This document shows positions 1 to 9,713 of a stretch of 64,000 nucleotides of DNA, piece after piece. Position 1 is the stretch's first letter. Each line of letters starts with the position of its first letter. Position numbers and translations under genes: made by a program. The stretch is from Negativicutes bacterium (GTDB taxonomy: Bacteria; Bacillota; Negativicutes; UBA1444): assembly GCA_963665275.2 (NCBI GenBank), contig CAXXIN010000016.1:160001-224000 (forward strand), in the 5' to 3' direction. Under the pieces are notes generated by a model. That model was not told the origin of the DNA. It saw nothing but the letters and a program-made list of their open reading frames with translations, and searched no databases.

Positions 1-1
1 C

Positions 2-70
2 TTCCGGGATGAATGGGCAAAAAAAGTTCAGGAGCGGCTAAAACCGATCCAGAGAATTGACATTAAGTAA
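2..70 (+). CDS. 3' end of an upstream CDS cut by the window edge (…FRDEWAKKVQERLKPIQRIDIK*), product unknown
   Basis: Open frame ending in TAA at 68-70, immediately followed by a terminator hairpin. Confidence 0.4.
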   Translation, partial: FRDEWAKKVQERLKPIQRIDIK

Positions 71-74
71 ATTT

Positions 75-109
75 AAACCGCCGGCGCATCTCGTGCATCG
101 GCGGTTTTT
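75..109. terminator. Bidirectional intrinsic terminator between convergent genes
   Basis: aaaccgccg…cggcggttttt inverted repeat with A/T tails. Confidence 0.7.
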
Positions 110-129
110 CTTGCGGATAGGTGGGAAGT

Positions 130-1650
130 TTAGTTGAAAAGAATCTTTAATTCGGCGCCCAATTCTCGTTGAAAGGCCTTGCGCTGTTTTTCCACCGACT
201 GCATTTCGAGGCTGCAGTCCCCTTCGGTACTGACGGAAACGTTGGCTGTTCCTTTGGCGAAGGCGACGAGCGGGTTGGTGATCAGTTGGCGCTGTGTGGA
301 ATCCAGGCTATTGGCAACAGAGAGAATCACCGCCATTTTTCTAGCCTTCGACCAGTCCGCCTCGTCCAGAAATTCGCTGTAAAGACGGTTTCGCAGCATT
401 TTGGCCGAGATATTGCCGTGCCAACCCGCAACGACGGCGGTCAAAATCTGCTCCCTGTGGGTGAGGCCGAACAGTCTGGCGTTTTCAACCAGGTATGCGC
501 TGTGTCGCGCGTGATCGTAATAATTGATACTAATGCCGATGTCATGCAACAAGGCCGCACATTTCAGCAGCATGCGGTCCCGGCTGTCCAGCTGGTGCAA
601 GGCGGACCAACCGTCAAACAATTGCAGGGTCAAGTCGGTGACATGCAGAGCATGTTGTTCGTTAACCTTATAGAAGCGCAGCATATTCATCGTGCTGTGT
701 CCCAGAATATCAGAAATGACATCAGGGAAATATTCATCTCGCAGATAATGGCTGAAGAATAGGCCTTCACGGACACCGCAGCCACTGATGATCAAATTGC
801 TGGCGCGGACCCGGTCGAAGAGCCTTTTTACGACCGCAATGCCGGCCACGATGATGTCGCTCCGCTCACTGCTCAGGCCGCTCATTCGTCGCCGTTGTAC
901 TAAGTTGGCGCTGGTGATGAGGCGAAACAAGTCTTCGAGTGCGATTGGTCCCATCCGATAATTGTGAATCTTGGAAAATGGATAATTTTTGCGTGACTGG
1001 TCCATTTTGGCGATGTTACGGGCGGTACCCCCGATGCCGACCAACGGGAGTGACATGGCTTCCAACCAGGGCGCTTTGTTTAACTGCCGATCGATGAAAC
1101 CGCTTAAATGGGCCAGATTACTTTTTGTGACCTTGTCATGAGTTTTGAATTCGTCGCTGAGGTTTACAGCGCCGATAGGCAGGCTGATGCTTTCGACCAT
1201 TCGTCGGTTTTTGACCAGCGAAATCTCGGTGCTGCCGCCACCGAGGTCAAAAAGGACCGCATCTTTCATGTCAATAGTGTTAATGGCTCCGAGATAACCT
1301 AGCTGTGCCTCGGATTCTCCGCTGATTGCCTGAAGGGGAAGACCGGTTTCCTTTTCCACCAATTCCAGAAACTCAGGGCCATTACGGGCATTACGAACCG
1401 CAGCCGTTGCTACGGCCAGAATTGTGTCGACTTTCATGATACTGCACATCTGGGCGCAGTTGCGCAAAGCAGACAGCGAGCGGGTAATCGCCGCCGGTTG
1501 GAGCATTTGGTCCCGCCCCATGCCTTCGCCAAGCCGCAGGCTCTCTTTCTGATGATACACGAGGTTATAGGCGCCATTGGCGTAGATATGCATGATGATC
1601 AATCGGGCAGAATTGGACCCGAGGTCGATAACGGCAACTCGCTCAGACAT
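130..1650 (-). CDS. ppx: Exopolyphosphatase / Ppx-GppA family phosphatase with C-terminal HD domain
   Basis: VIDLGSNS, ATAAVRNA, DLGGGSTE, GVREG and LLHDIG motifs; start placed at ATG 1650 behind GGAGGAG. Confidence 0.93.
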   Translation of the reverse strand: MSERVAVIDLGSNSARLIIMHIYANGAYNLVYHQKESLRLGEGMGRDQMLQPAAITRSLSALRNCAQMCSIMKVDTILAVATAAVRNARNGPEFLELVEKETGLPLQAISGESEAQLGYLGAINTIDMKDAVLFDLGGGSTEISLVKNRRMVESISLPIGAVNLSDEFKTHDKVTKSNLAHLSGFIDRQLNKAPWLEAMSLPLVGIGGTARNIAKMDQSRKNYPFSKIHNYRMGPIALEDLFRLITSANLVQRRRMSGLSSERSDIIVAGIAVVKRLFDRVRASNLIISGCGVREGLFFSHYLRDEYFPDVISDILGHSTMNMLRFYKVNEQHALHVTDLTLQLFDGWSALHQLDSRDRMLLKCAALLHDIGISINYYDHARHSAYLVENARLFGLTHREQILTAVVAGWHGNISAKMLRNRLYSEFLDEADWSKARKMAVILSVANSLDSTQRQLITNPLVAFAKGTANVSVSTEGDCSLEMQSVEKQRKAFQRELGAELKILFN

Positions 1651-1705
1651 TGATTCACTCCTCCGAAGATTATTGCAGCTATGAAAAATTGTTGTCATTC
1701 AATCA

Positions 1706-1732
1706 ATTCTGCTTGACTCGCCCTTCTCCTGC
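1706..1732 (-). promoter_or_regulatory. Candidate sigmaH-like promoter of ppx
   Basis: Minus strand GCAGGA-N17-GAAT. Confidence 0.5.
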
Positions 1733-1809
1733 TTGTTACAATGAAGCGCGTAGTAAATTCTTCGGTAGTTGGGAAATAGTGCAGGGTAGAGTCGGGGTGG
1801 AGTGAGAAA

Positions 1810-2106
1810 ATGAGTGATCGTATGTACAAAGTTGTGGTTCATTTTGCTGCTGAATATGGGCAAGTGGAGTATGACATTCTTGAAAAAATCATTCGCGTCG
1901 TTCTTGCCGATACAGATAAGCGGACGGCAGTGGAGAAATACCTGTCTGAATCGCATGTGATTGAAAATGCGGATGGTACTGATCTACGCACTTTTCATCC
2001 CAAAAAGCTGCTACCGTCAGAAAGCCTCGAAAGTTTCAAGTTGGCGATGACCCGTCTCTGGCATCATACAGGGGTGTATGTGGACTGGAGCCGACCGACG
2101 GTTTAA
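1810..2106 (+). CDS. Hypothetical protein, 98 aa
   Basis: Clean ORF with GGAGTG RBS, divergent from ppx; no recognised motif. Confidence 0.75.
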   Translation: MSDRMYKVVVHFAAEYGQVEYDILEKIIRVVLADTDKRTAVEKYLSESHVIENADGTDLRTFHPKKLLPSESLESFKLAMTRLWHHTGVYVDWSRPTV

Positions 2107-2170
2107 AATGTTTTGCAGCATGATTTAACTTTTAGAGCAGTATATGATGTGACTGTTTATTTCGAGCTAT

Positions 2171-2220
2171 CAGCCTCCGGTTCAACTGAATAGAGCTCTT
2201 GATCACGCATCAAGGAGGGC
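2171..2220 (+). pseudogene. Degenerate 5' part of tRNA-Arg(ACG)
   Basis: 2181-2214 matches the tRNA-Arg at 7146-7179 at 27/34 positions; anticodon stem cttga/tcaag and ACG retained; no T-arm or CCA. Confidence 0.65.
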
Positions 2221-2250
2221 TCTGATCTTTAGTACATACTTTCCAAATCT

Positions 2251-2288
2251 AACAAGAAGGCTTCCCGTAAATGGGGAGCCTTCTTGTT
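2251..2288. terminator. Bidirectional intrinsic terminator
   Basis: aacaagaaggcttccc…gggagccttcttgtt inverted repeat. Confidence 0.75.
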
Positions 2289-2400
2289 ATGCCTGTAGGC
2301 CGGGAAAATAGCTCAACAAATCCAAAGCGGATCAGCTTGGAACAAAGTGAAATGAGGTGGGGGGTTATGAATATTAGGATCGCAGGAGGCCAGTTTTCGA

Positions 2401-3282
2401 CTAATGAATCAATGCTTGAAAGTATTGATTAAAAATTTCTAAGGAATTCTGTGTGAGTCGAGTGGGATTCTTATGGGTAAGTTTAAAACAGGTGTAATTT
2501 GGCGGAGGGTTGGTGAGGTAATCGATAGAATAGTTGCCGCGTTGGGATACGGCGGCGGCTACAATCTTGGGAACAATCGCCCATTGCTCCGGGTCTTGCA
2601 GCAGACTAACCAGGAGATTGGAGCTGTCAAGCTTAGTGCGGGAGGGGTTGAAGGGATTCCACCAATACTCATGCCAAGATATGTAATCGTGTCCTCCCCA
2701 GGGCATAAACAATTCGTGCTTTGGATTCAATTCCTCCGGATGGACGGGTGATTTTCGCTGGCTGGTCGGGCTTGCTAGGCGAAGGAGAACCATCGGTGAG
2801 CTGAAACATTTTTCTACTGTCACATTGGGATGAACAAGCTCCCGTAACACAAAAGCAATATCCACTTGCCGTCTTTCGATTTCTTCGTATAAATCGGCTG
2901 AGTGCGAAGTGTGTATTTTCAGCAAGGGCGGATTGGGATGATTGTTCAAAGCGCGGTAAACTGACGGTAGCACAAATGTGTTGATGCTGTCCACGGAGCC
3001 GACGCCAAGGGAAAGACTGGGGCCATGCGCTTGCAGGAGCTTAGCTTGTTTCCAGATGAAACTCCATTGTTCTGCCAGAGTAAAGAAAGCTTCACCGGAT
3101 GGAGTGAGACGGATCTGCTTAATCCCTTTACCCCGTTCGACGAGAACAAGATCTAGCTCTTGTTCCAATACTTTTAAGCGTTGACTGACGGTGGTCTGGG
3201 CTAAGTGCAAAGCTTCAGCTGCTCCACTGAGGCTTTGAGCGCGCACGACGGCCAAGAAAGTTTCGATTCCTAACGTGTACAT
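2401..3282 (-). CDS. LysR family transcriptional regulator
   Basis: N-terminal HTH SLSGAAEALHLAQTTVSQRLKVLEQEL…LTPSG; ATG 3282 behind GGGGGAG; divergent from a 3-gene operon. Confidence 0.92.
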   Translation of the reverse strand: MYTLGIETFLAVVRAQSLSGAAEALHLAQTTVSQRLKVLEQELDLVLVERGKGIKQIRLTPSGEAFFTLAEQWSFIWKQAKLLQAHGPSLSLGVGSVDSINTFVLPSVYRALNNHPNPPLLKIHTSHSADLYEEIERRQVDIAFVLRELVHPNVTVEKCFSSPMVLLRLASPTSQRKSPVHPEELNPKHELFMPWGGHDYISWHEYWWNPFNPSRTKLDSSNLLVSLLQDPEQWAIVPKIVAAAVSQRGNYSIDYLTNPPPNYTCFKLTHKNPTRLTQNSLEIFNQYFQALIH

Positions 3283-3494
3283 AACTCCCCCTTTAAATAG
3301 CATGAAAATTGTTATTCTATACTAATTATATTCGTTTTACTCGCTCACGTATTCTATTTACAATTAAATCAACCCGATAATTCTGTTAATTCACATGGAA
3401 ACAGAACAACGGGAAGTAAGAAACTAGGAAAGGATAGGCGGACGAATAGTAATCCAACAAGTTGATTTCAATGAATAACAGGAGGTAGAGCGAT

Positions 3495-4493
3495 ATGGAA
3501 ATTATGGATTGTACTTTACGGGACGGCGCAAATGTGGTTGGTGCAGGGTTTACTGGTGAATTAACTACCTTAATGATCGAGGGGTTGATTGCCAGCAATG
3601 TAAAAACAATAGAATTTGGTCATGCAACGGGATTGGGTGCTGCTGATAACGGAGGAAAAAAAGCACCCTTATCAGATGAAGAATATTTTGAGGTAGTATC
3701 GCCCTATACAAGCCAAGCAAATCTTGGGATGTTCATGTTGGCGAAAAATGCATCACCAAAACACATAAATATGGCTGCAGATAAAAAAATGAATTTTCTA
3801 CGCATCGGAGCCAATGCTGGGGATGCAGATCAATCGGAAGCAGCAATAAAAATGGTTAGAGATGCTGGGTTATTTGCTAAGTATAGCATGATGAAAGCTT
3901 ATGTTTTATCTCCGGCAGAATTAGCTGCAGAAGCTGTTAGGCTGGAAAAATTTGGCGTCCAAGCGATTACTATCATGGATTCTGCTGGGTATATGCTTCC
4001 CAAACAAGTTTTTGAGTATACCAAAAAACTTGTTGACGCGGTAAAAGTACCTATAGGATTTCATGGCCATAACAACTTGGGATTTGCATCTGCCAATGCT
4101 ATTGTTGCTGAAGAAGCAGGTGCTGAGTTTGTCGATTGTGGTTTGATGGGAATGGCGCGAAGCGCGGGAAATATTTCAACAGAAATTATTATTGCTGCAT
4201 TTCAAAGACTGGGAAAAGCCAAAGAATATGCACTGTATGATTTACTGTCATTTATAGAAAATGAATTGAGACCCAAAATGAATGAATATGGATACCATGA
4301 TCCTATTCCACCGTTAGATTTAGTTCTCGGCTACTCAGGGTGCCATTCGAATTTCGTTCCACAATTTACGGAAATTGCTACTGCTAAAAGTGTAAATCTT
4401 TACAAGTTAATCATAGAAACTTCGAATATGGATATGAAAAATCCAAGCAAAGAGCTGATGGAAAGCATCGCAGATAGGTTGCTTGCACAGTAA
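3495..4493 (+). CDS. DRE-TIM metallolyase, 4-hydroxy-2-oxovalerate aldolase-like
   Basis: DCTLRDG, MDSAG, GFHGHNNLG and GMARSAGN motifs; GGAGG RBS. Confidence 0.85.
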   Translation: MEIMDCTLRDGANVVGAGFTGELTTLMIEGLIASNVKTIEFGHATGLGAADNGGKKAPLSDEEYFEVVSPYTSQANLGMFMLAKNASPKHINMAADKKMNFLRIGANAGDADQSEAAIKMVRDAGLFAKYSMMKAYVLSPAELAAEAVRLEKFGVQAITIMDSAGYMLPKQVFEYTKKLVDAVKVPIGFHGHNNLGFASANAIVAEEAGAEFVDCGLMGMARSAGNISTEIIIAAFQRLGKAKEYALYDLLSFIENELRPKMNEYGYHDPIPPLDLVLGYSGCHSNFVPQFTEIATAKSVNLYKLIIETSNMDMKNPSKELMESIADRLLAQ

Positions 4494-4519
4494 GCGCAGT
4501 AAAATTAAGGAGGAAAGGC

Positions 4520-5884
4520 ATGGAAAACTCAAACATTTTTTTACCAAATACCAGCCCAAAGAAAACGGGTTTTCGATGGGTTGTGTTGGCGCTGATATTC
4601 TTGGTTTATATGATCGCTGGCGCCGACCGTTCCAACATTGGAATGGTTGTGCCCTTTGTTAAGAAAAGTTTTAACTTATCTAATACAGATATCGGGGCCA
4701 TGGCAAGCTTCTTCTATCTTACATATGCCCTTGTACAAATACCTTCCGGCCTCTTTTTCGGCAAGAAAGGAGTCCGTGAATTTTTCACTCTTTCCATCAT
4801 ACTGACATCTGTGGCAACGTTTGTCATGGGCTTGGCAAATTCAGGATTGCACTTAAAGGTGGCAAGGGCTTTGCTCGGTTTTGCCGAAGGACCGATAAAT
4901 ATTGGTTGTATTACAACGATTAACCGATGGTTTCCAGATCGCGAAAAAGGTATAGCTACAGGCGTTTTCATGTCATCTATCAAATTTGCACCAGCTGTTG
5001 TTCCGCCGCTTTGCGCTTGGATTATTGTATCTTTTGGGTGGAGAGCGGTTTTTTATGCTTTTGCGGTACCTGGTTTTTTTAGCGCTGTATTATGGTGGAT
5101 ATTTGTAAAAGATAAACCTGAAGACAGCAAATTTTGCAATCAGGCCGAAATTGATTATATTAAATCCGCCACAGTAGAGGTTCCCCAAAAAGATGTATCC
5201 CATGATAAAATTAAGACCATAAAATCGCGTGACGGAATGCTCGATAAATTGATTCGCACTAAAATTATAAAACCGCTTGCAACGAATAGCGAAATATTAC
5301 GTTCTTGGAATGTCTGGGCATGTTCCTTGGGTTACTTCTTTCTGGTAGGTATTACTTACGCGATCATGACGTGGATTCCTACGTATCTTATTACGGTTAA
5401 ACATTTTTCTATTCTAAAAATGGGATTTGTTGCTTCGGCCCCTTGGGTTGGCGCGGTATTAGGAAATGTTTTTGGCGGGATTATTTCTGACAAGGTATTT
5501 TCCAGCAGACGGAAGCCAAACATGATTATCACAGCAGCGAGTACGGTGGTATTGATGTACTCTCTTTTATATGCGCCCAATGATCCCACGATTTTAGGGA
5601 TTTTGCTTCTAACGGCGGGGATTTTCTTAAACTTAGGCTATTCGACATTTTTAGCCTATCCGATGGGGATTGCTTCTCAAGAAAAGTATCCATTTGCTGC
5701 TTCTATTGTTAATACCGCCGGCTCGCTTGGCGGAGCCTTTGCTCCATTTTTAGTTGGCGTAATCCTTGACGCTTTTAGCTGGGATATGGTATTCGAGTTC
5801 TTAGCGGGAATTTCCTTGCTTACCCTTCTTTTATTATTGACAATGATTGAACCAATCCCGGATCGTAGCGAAGAAAAAGCTTGA
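4520..5884 (+). CDS. MFS transporter, anion:cation symporter (sugar-acid) type
   Basis: RWVVL…ADRSNIG, RALLGFAEG, WFPDREKG and FGWR motifs; multiple hydrophobic TM segments. Confidence 0.9.
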   Translation: MENSNIFLPNTSPKKTGFRWVVLALIFLVYMIAGADRSNIGMVVPFVKKSFNLSNTDIGAMASFFYLTYALVQIPSGLFFGKKGVREFFTLSIILTSVATFVMGLANSGLHLKVARALLGFAEGPINIGCITTINRWFPDREKGIATGVFMSSIKFAPAVVPPLCAWIIVSFGWRAVFYAFAVPGFFSAVLWWIFVKDKPEDSKFCNQAEIDYIKSATVEVPQKDVSHDKIKTIKSRDGMLDKLIRTKIIKPLATNSEILRSWNVWACSLGYFFLVGITYAIMTWIPTYLITVKHFSILKMGFVASAPWVGAVLGNVFGGIISDKVFSSRRKPNMIITAASTVVLMYSLLYAPNDPTILGILLLTAGIFLNLGYSTFLAYPMGIASQEKYPFAASIVNTAGSLGGAFAPFLVGVILDAFSWDMVFEFLAGISLLTLLLLLTMIEPIPDRSEEKA

Positions 5885-5912
5885 TGAATAAAATCTGCAA
5901 GGGGGATAGATC

Positions 5913-6842
5913 GTGAAAACCTATATTTTTGATCCTATATCGAATGAGGCTTTAGCCTATGCACAATCTCACCTGGACGTAGTGTGTTGGGATAATCCGA
6001 AAATTAATGATTATGCGGCAGCAGAAGCTGTTATTGTGCGGACTTTCAAAATGACACCTGAAATTATCAATCAGATGCCAAAACTAAAGATAATTGCCAA
6101 ACATGGCGTAGGAATAGATAATATTGACATTTCCTATGCCAAAAGTAAAGGGATTCGAGTTACCAATACACCCACTGCGAACATGAACTCCGTAGCTGAG
6201 TTAATTATCGGGTTCGCATTTAATTGTGTGCGAAGAATTACACAAAGTCAATTTGCCGTTTTGCAGGGGCTTGAAAAAAACTCGCCACTGTATTTAAGCG
6301 GATATGAATTATCAGGAAAAACGCTCGGGCTGATTGGATTGGGAAAAATCGGCATGTCGGTTGGACAGAAATTGCGCAACGCGTTTGACATGAATGTTAT
6401 TGTCTATGATCCGTTTGCCACGGCCGAGCACTGCAATTCCTTGGGTTTTGCTAAAACAGACAACCTCGATGAATTATGCAGCAAGGGCGACATTATTTCT
6501 ATCTCTGTCCCACTCACGGAAAAAACAAAAAACATGATTGATAGCCATGAAATTAATTTAATGAAGGAAACTGCTGTTCTAATCAATACATCTAGAGGTG
6601 GTATTGTAAACGAAGATGCTTTATATGAAGCATTGAATAATCACAAAATATTTGGCGCGGCATTCGATGTGTTTGTAGAAGAGCCTGTGCCAAAGAATCA
6701 TCCATTATTGGACTGTGGCAATTTTATTGCAGCGCCACACAATGGTGCAAATACGACTGATGCGCTAATTCGCATGGGCGTCGGAGCGGTTGATGAAATC
6801 ATAAGGCTTAATAACGGCGAAGATTCGCTGTCCAAACTTTAA
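5913..6842 (+). CDS. D-isomer specific 2-hydroxyacid dehydrogenase (SerA-like, no ACT domain)
   Basis: KHGVGIDNID, GLGKIG, INTSRGGIV and DVF…PH motifs. Confidence 0.9.
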   Translation: MKTYIFDPISNEALAYAQSHLDVVCWDNPKINDYAAAEAVIVRTFKMTPEIINQMPKLKIIAKHGVGIDNIDISYAKSKGIRVTNTPTANMNSVAELIIGFAFNCVRRITQSQFAVLQGLEKNSPLYLSGYELSGKTLGLIGLGKIGMSVGQKLRNAFDMNVIVYDPFATAEHCNSLGFAKTDNLDELCSKGDIISISVPLTEKTKNMIDSHEINLMKETAVLINTSRGGIVNEDALYEALNNHKIFGAAFDVFVEEPVPKNHPLLDCGNFIAAPHNGANTTDALIRMGVGAVDEIIRLNNGEDSLSKL

Positions 6843-7092
6843 TGATAGGCGTCACGTTGATAAGTAAATTGTAGATTAGAAGGCACAGCTAAATGGAGTA
6901 TAAAACTTGTGAAGCACGGGTACAACCCGGATTTTTGTTCGACTGAAAGAGAAATAACTGACTTTCGGATAAAGAAATGGCAAATCTAGGGCAACGCATT
7001 CTCATGGAATTTTAGAAGCGTCATAGCGCTGTACGGCTGAAAAAAGATTTGAAGTCAAGGGTTGAACTTACAATATAATTATTCTCCAGTCC

Positions 7093-7121
7093 TTGACTAC
7101 TGCATTTTAGTGTGATATTAT
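7093..7121 (+). promoter_or_regulatory. sigmaA promoter of tRNA-Arg
   Basis: TTGACT-N17-TATTAT with TG upstream of -10. Confidence 0.7.
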
Positions 7122-7135
7122 TCCATGTGTACTCT

Positions 7136-7212
7136 CTGCCCGTAGCTCAGCTGGATAGAGCGCTTGACTACGAATCAAGAGGTCGCAAGTTCGAATCTTG
7201 CCGGGCAGGCCA
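7136..7212 (+). tRNA. tRNA-Arg(ACG)
   Basis: Acceptor ctgcccg/cgggcag, anticodon arm cttga-ctACGaa-tcaag, GTTCGAATC, CCA end. Confidence 0.97.
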
Positions 7213-7380
7213 TTTCAAATCAAGGCTTCAGACCATTACGGTTTGGAGCTTTTTTTCGTCTATACCCATACAAACACCCAGATACTCCTGGTCGCACTTT
7301 GTGTTCTCGACACAGAAAACAAAGAAAATGATATGAAATTGTGCTATAATCAAAAATGATTATTGCGAAAGGGGCAATGA

Positions 7381-8457
7381 ATGTTGCGATTTCGAAAGTG
7401 GGCAGCAATGCTGCTTTTGGTGTGGATAAGCTCTTTCACAGTGCTAGCTTCTGCGGCGCCTGCCGAAACTGAGGTCAAGATTGGCGGCGTTCGTTGGAGC
7501 CGTACGACGGATGCGATAACCGGTTTGATCAATGTCCGTCTGATCATCGAGACCAGTGGGCCGGTAGAAGTGGATCCGTTCATTACAAGAGTTCCGAATT
7601 GGAGGCTTGTTCTGACGCTTGGCGGAGTGAAGGCTGACAACCTTGCGATTCCTCCATCACCGGATATCTCCGTTGTGTCGAAAGCGAGCGTGGTCAAGTC
7701 GGCGACGAATAGTACGCACGTTATCATTGATTTCCCTGGGGAGTTAAAAAAAGATCAATATAAGATCAGCACGGTTCCGGCTGATTCGAAAAATAAGAAG
7801 CCATTCCAGATTATCATTGACATGCAGAAAATTGTGAAGCCTGGTGAACTGAATTTTCTTCCTGGATTGAAGGGCAAGGTTGTTGTAGTTGATCCTGGGC
7901 ACGGTGGCTCGGATCCCGGGGCTATCGGCCCGAGGGGCACCCGTGAAAAACAGTTGAATCTGAGTTTGGCGATGCAGGTCAAAGCGGATCTGGAAAAAGC
8001 CGGCGCCAAGGTTTTGATGACACGCGAGACCGATATTGATGTGTTTGGCCCAAAGGCAACCGATCGTGAGGAACTGTGGGCACGGGTGAAAGTTGCCAAT
8101 TTCAATCAAGCTGATCTTTTCATCAGTATCCACCACAATTCATCCGCCAATCGCGATGCTCGAGGAACTTCGACCTATTATTACCAGAAAACAACCTATG
8201 ACGCGATGTTGGCCCAGGATATCCAAAAAGAGATGCTGCAGGCAGGCGGATTGCCTAATGTCGGGGTGCGGCCAGCCAATTTCTTCGTGGTGAAAAATGC
8301 AACGATGCCAGCGGCTCTGCTGGAAGTCGGCTTCATATCCAACCCGCAGGAAGAACAAGTTCTGGGGAACGGTACTTTTCAGCAAAAAATGTCGCAAGCT
8401 ATCGTAGTTGGAATCAACCAGTTTTTTGGCCAAGTGGGGAAGACAATGGGCGAATAA
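7381..8457 (+). CDS. N-acetylmuramoyl-L-alanine amidase (signal peptide, AMIN-like domain, Amidase_3)
   Basis: DPGHGGSDPGA, FISIHHN and ALLEVGFISN motifs. Confidence 0.92.
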   Translation: MLRFRKWAAMLLLVWISSFTVLASAAPAETEVKIGGVRWSRTTDAITGLINVRLIIETSGPVEVDPFITRVPNWRLVLTLGGVKADNLAIPPSPDISVVSKASVVKSATNSTHVIIDFPGELKKDQYKISTVPADSKNKKPFQIIIDMQKIVKPGELNFLPGLKGKVVVVDPGHGGSDPGAIGPRGTREKQLNLSLAMQVKADLEKAGAKVLMTRETDIDVFGPKATDREELWARVKVANFNQADLFISIHHNSSANRDARGTSTYYYQKTTYDAMLAQDIQKEMLQAGGLPNVGVRPANFFVVKNATMPAALLEVGFISNPQEEQVLGNGTFQQKMSQAIVVGINQFFGQVGKTMGE

Positions 8458-8669
8458 TTGGGCATGCCTCATTACTAATGAGACATGTATGAAGAAGGCC
8501 GAAAGGACAGCACTCTGTAGCGTTTGCAGTAAAGAATGGCTCCGAGAGGTCCGGGCGCGGCATAAACCGAAAGTATTGCATATATTTTTTTTGATGATAT
8601 AATAAATAACGCTGGCGAATAAAATGATGTTTTGTTTTATGCCCAGACAAGCTTGCTTTTAGCCATAGC

Positions 8670-8746
8670 GCGCCCGTAGCTCAGGTGGATAGAGCAGCGG
8701 TTTCCTAAACCGCGTGCCGGTGGTTCGAGTCCTCCCGGGCGCACCA
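8670..8746 (+). tRNA. tRNA-Arg(CCT)
   Basis: Acceptor gcgcccg/cgggcgc, anticodon arm gcggt-ttCCTaa-accgc, CCA end. Confidence 0.96.
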
Positions 8747-8774
8747 GAAATTTTGCTAAAGTGGTGGCCGGGCC

Positions 8775-9245
8775 GTGAACGATTTTGATTTTATGGGATT
8801 GGCATTGGATCAAGCCCGACAGGCTGCTGCGGCGGGAGAAGTTCCCATCGGAGCTGTTTTGGTTCTTGATGGTGAAGTCATTGCTCAAGCCTACAATCTT
8901 CGTGAAACTGACCAAGATGCTACTGCGCACGCCGAGATGCTCGTGATCCGGGACGCTTGCCGGAAATTGGGCCGATGGCGCTTATCTGGCGCCACGATTT
9001 TTGTAACGATTGAGCCATGTCCCATGTGCGCGGGAGCCTTGGTAATGAGCCGGGTTAAACGTTTGGTTTACGGAAGTCCCGATTTTCGCGCTGGCGCCGT
9101 TGAGTCTATATTTAATATTGTTCAGCATCCTGCGTTGAACCATCGACTATTGGTAACTGCGGGAGTACGGCAGGAAGAGTGCGCTGCAGTAATGCAGGCT
9201 TTTTTTCGCGAAAGACGCCGTTCTGCGGCAGCAGACAATGCTTGA
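8775..9245 (+). CDS. tadA: tRNA adenosine(34) deaminase
   Basis: GEVPIGA, HAE and EPCPMC deaminase motifs. Confidence 0.95.
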   Translation: MNDFDFMGLALDQARQAAAAGEVPIGAVLVLDGEVIAQAYNLRETDQDATAHAEMLVIRDACRKLGRWRLSGATIFVTIEPCPMCAGALVMSRVKRLVYGSPDFRAGAVESIFNIVQHPALNHRLLVTAGVRQEECAAVMQAFFRERRRSAAADNA

Positions 9246-9256
9246 CAGGAATCAGT

Positions 9257-9344
<88 letters not shown>

Positions 9345-9389
9345 ATTAACTTGAATTAATTTCATAACCGTTTTTGTAGGTTTCAACAC

Positions 9390-9479
9390 GGAGAGTTGTC
9401 CGAGCGGCCGAAGGAGCACGACTGGAAATCGTGTAGGCGTGAAAGCGTCTCGAGGGTTCAAATCCCTCACTCTCCGCCA
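9390..9479 (+). tRNA. tRNA-Ser(GGA)
   Basis: Long variable arm, anticodon arm cacga-ctGGAaa-tcgtg, GCCA end. Confidence 0.96.
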
Positions 9480-9713
9480 TATATTTAGGTAATCAAGGGG
9501 TTTTGCCAGAAATGGCGAGGCCTCTTGTCTTTTATCAGGGATGAATGGCATCCTACGATAAGATATTGATATATTTTGATGCGGTTCAACCTGTCATCGA
9601 CCTTCAACTCTGATCTATGGAATGGGGCAGGCGTGAAAGGCGGCAGGAGATGTTATGTGTAGCGTAGAAACAATTCAATTATTACAAGGATTAAACTAAA
9701 TGAGGGTGATAGT

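Noticed and set aside
6845-7080. Possible gene or IS remnant at the right edge of the AT-rich islet
   Set aside because: Only short broken frames; no recognisable motif or terminal inverted repeat
7136-9245. tadA lying near its substrate tRNA-Arg(ACG)
   Set aside because: Clustering of tadA with tRNA genes near ffs/dnaX is ordinary in Firmicutes
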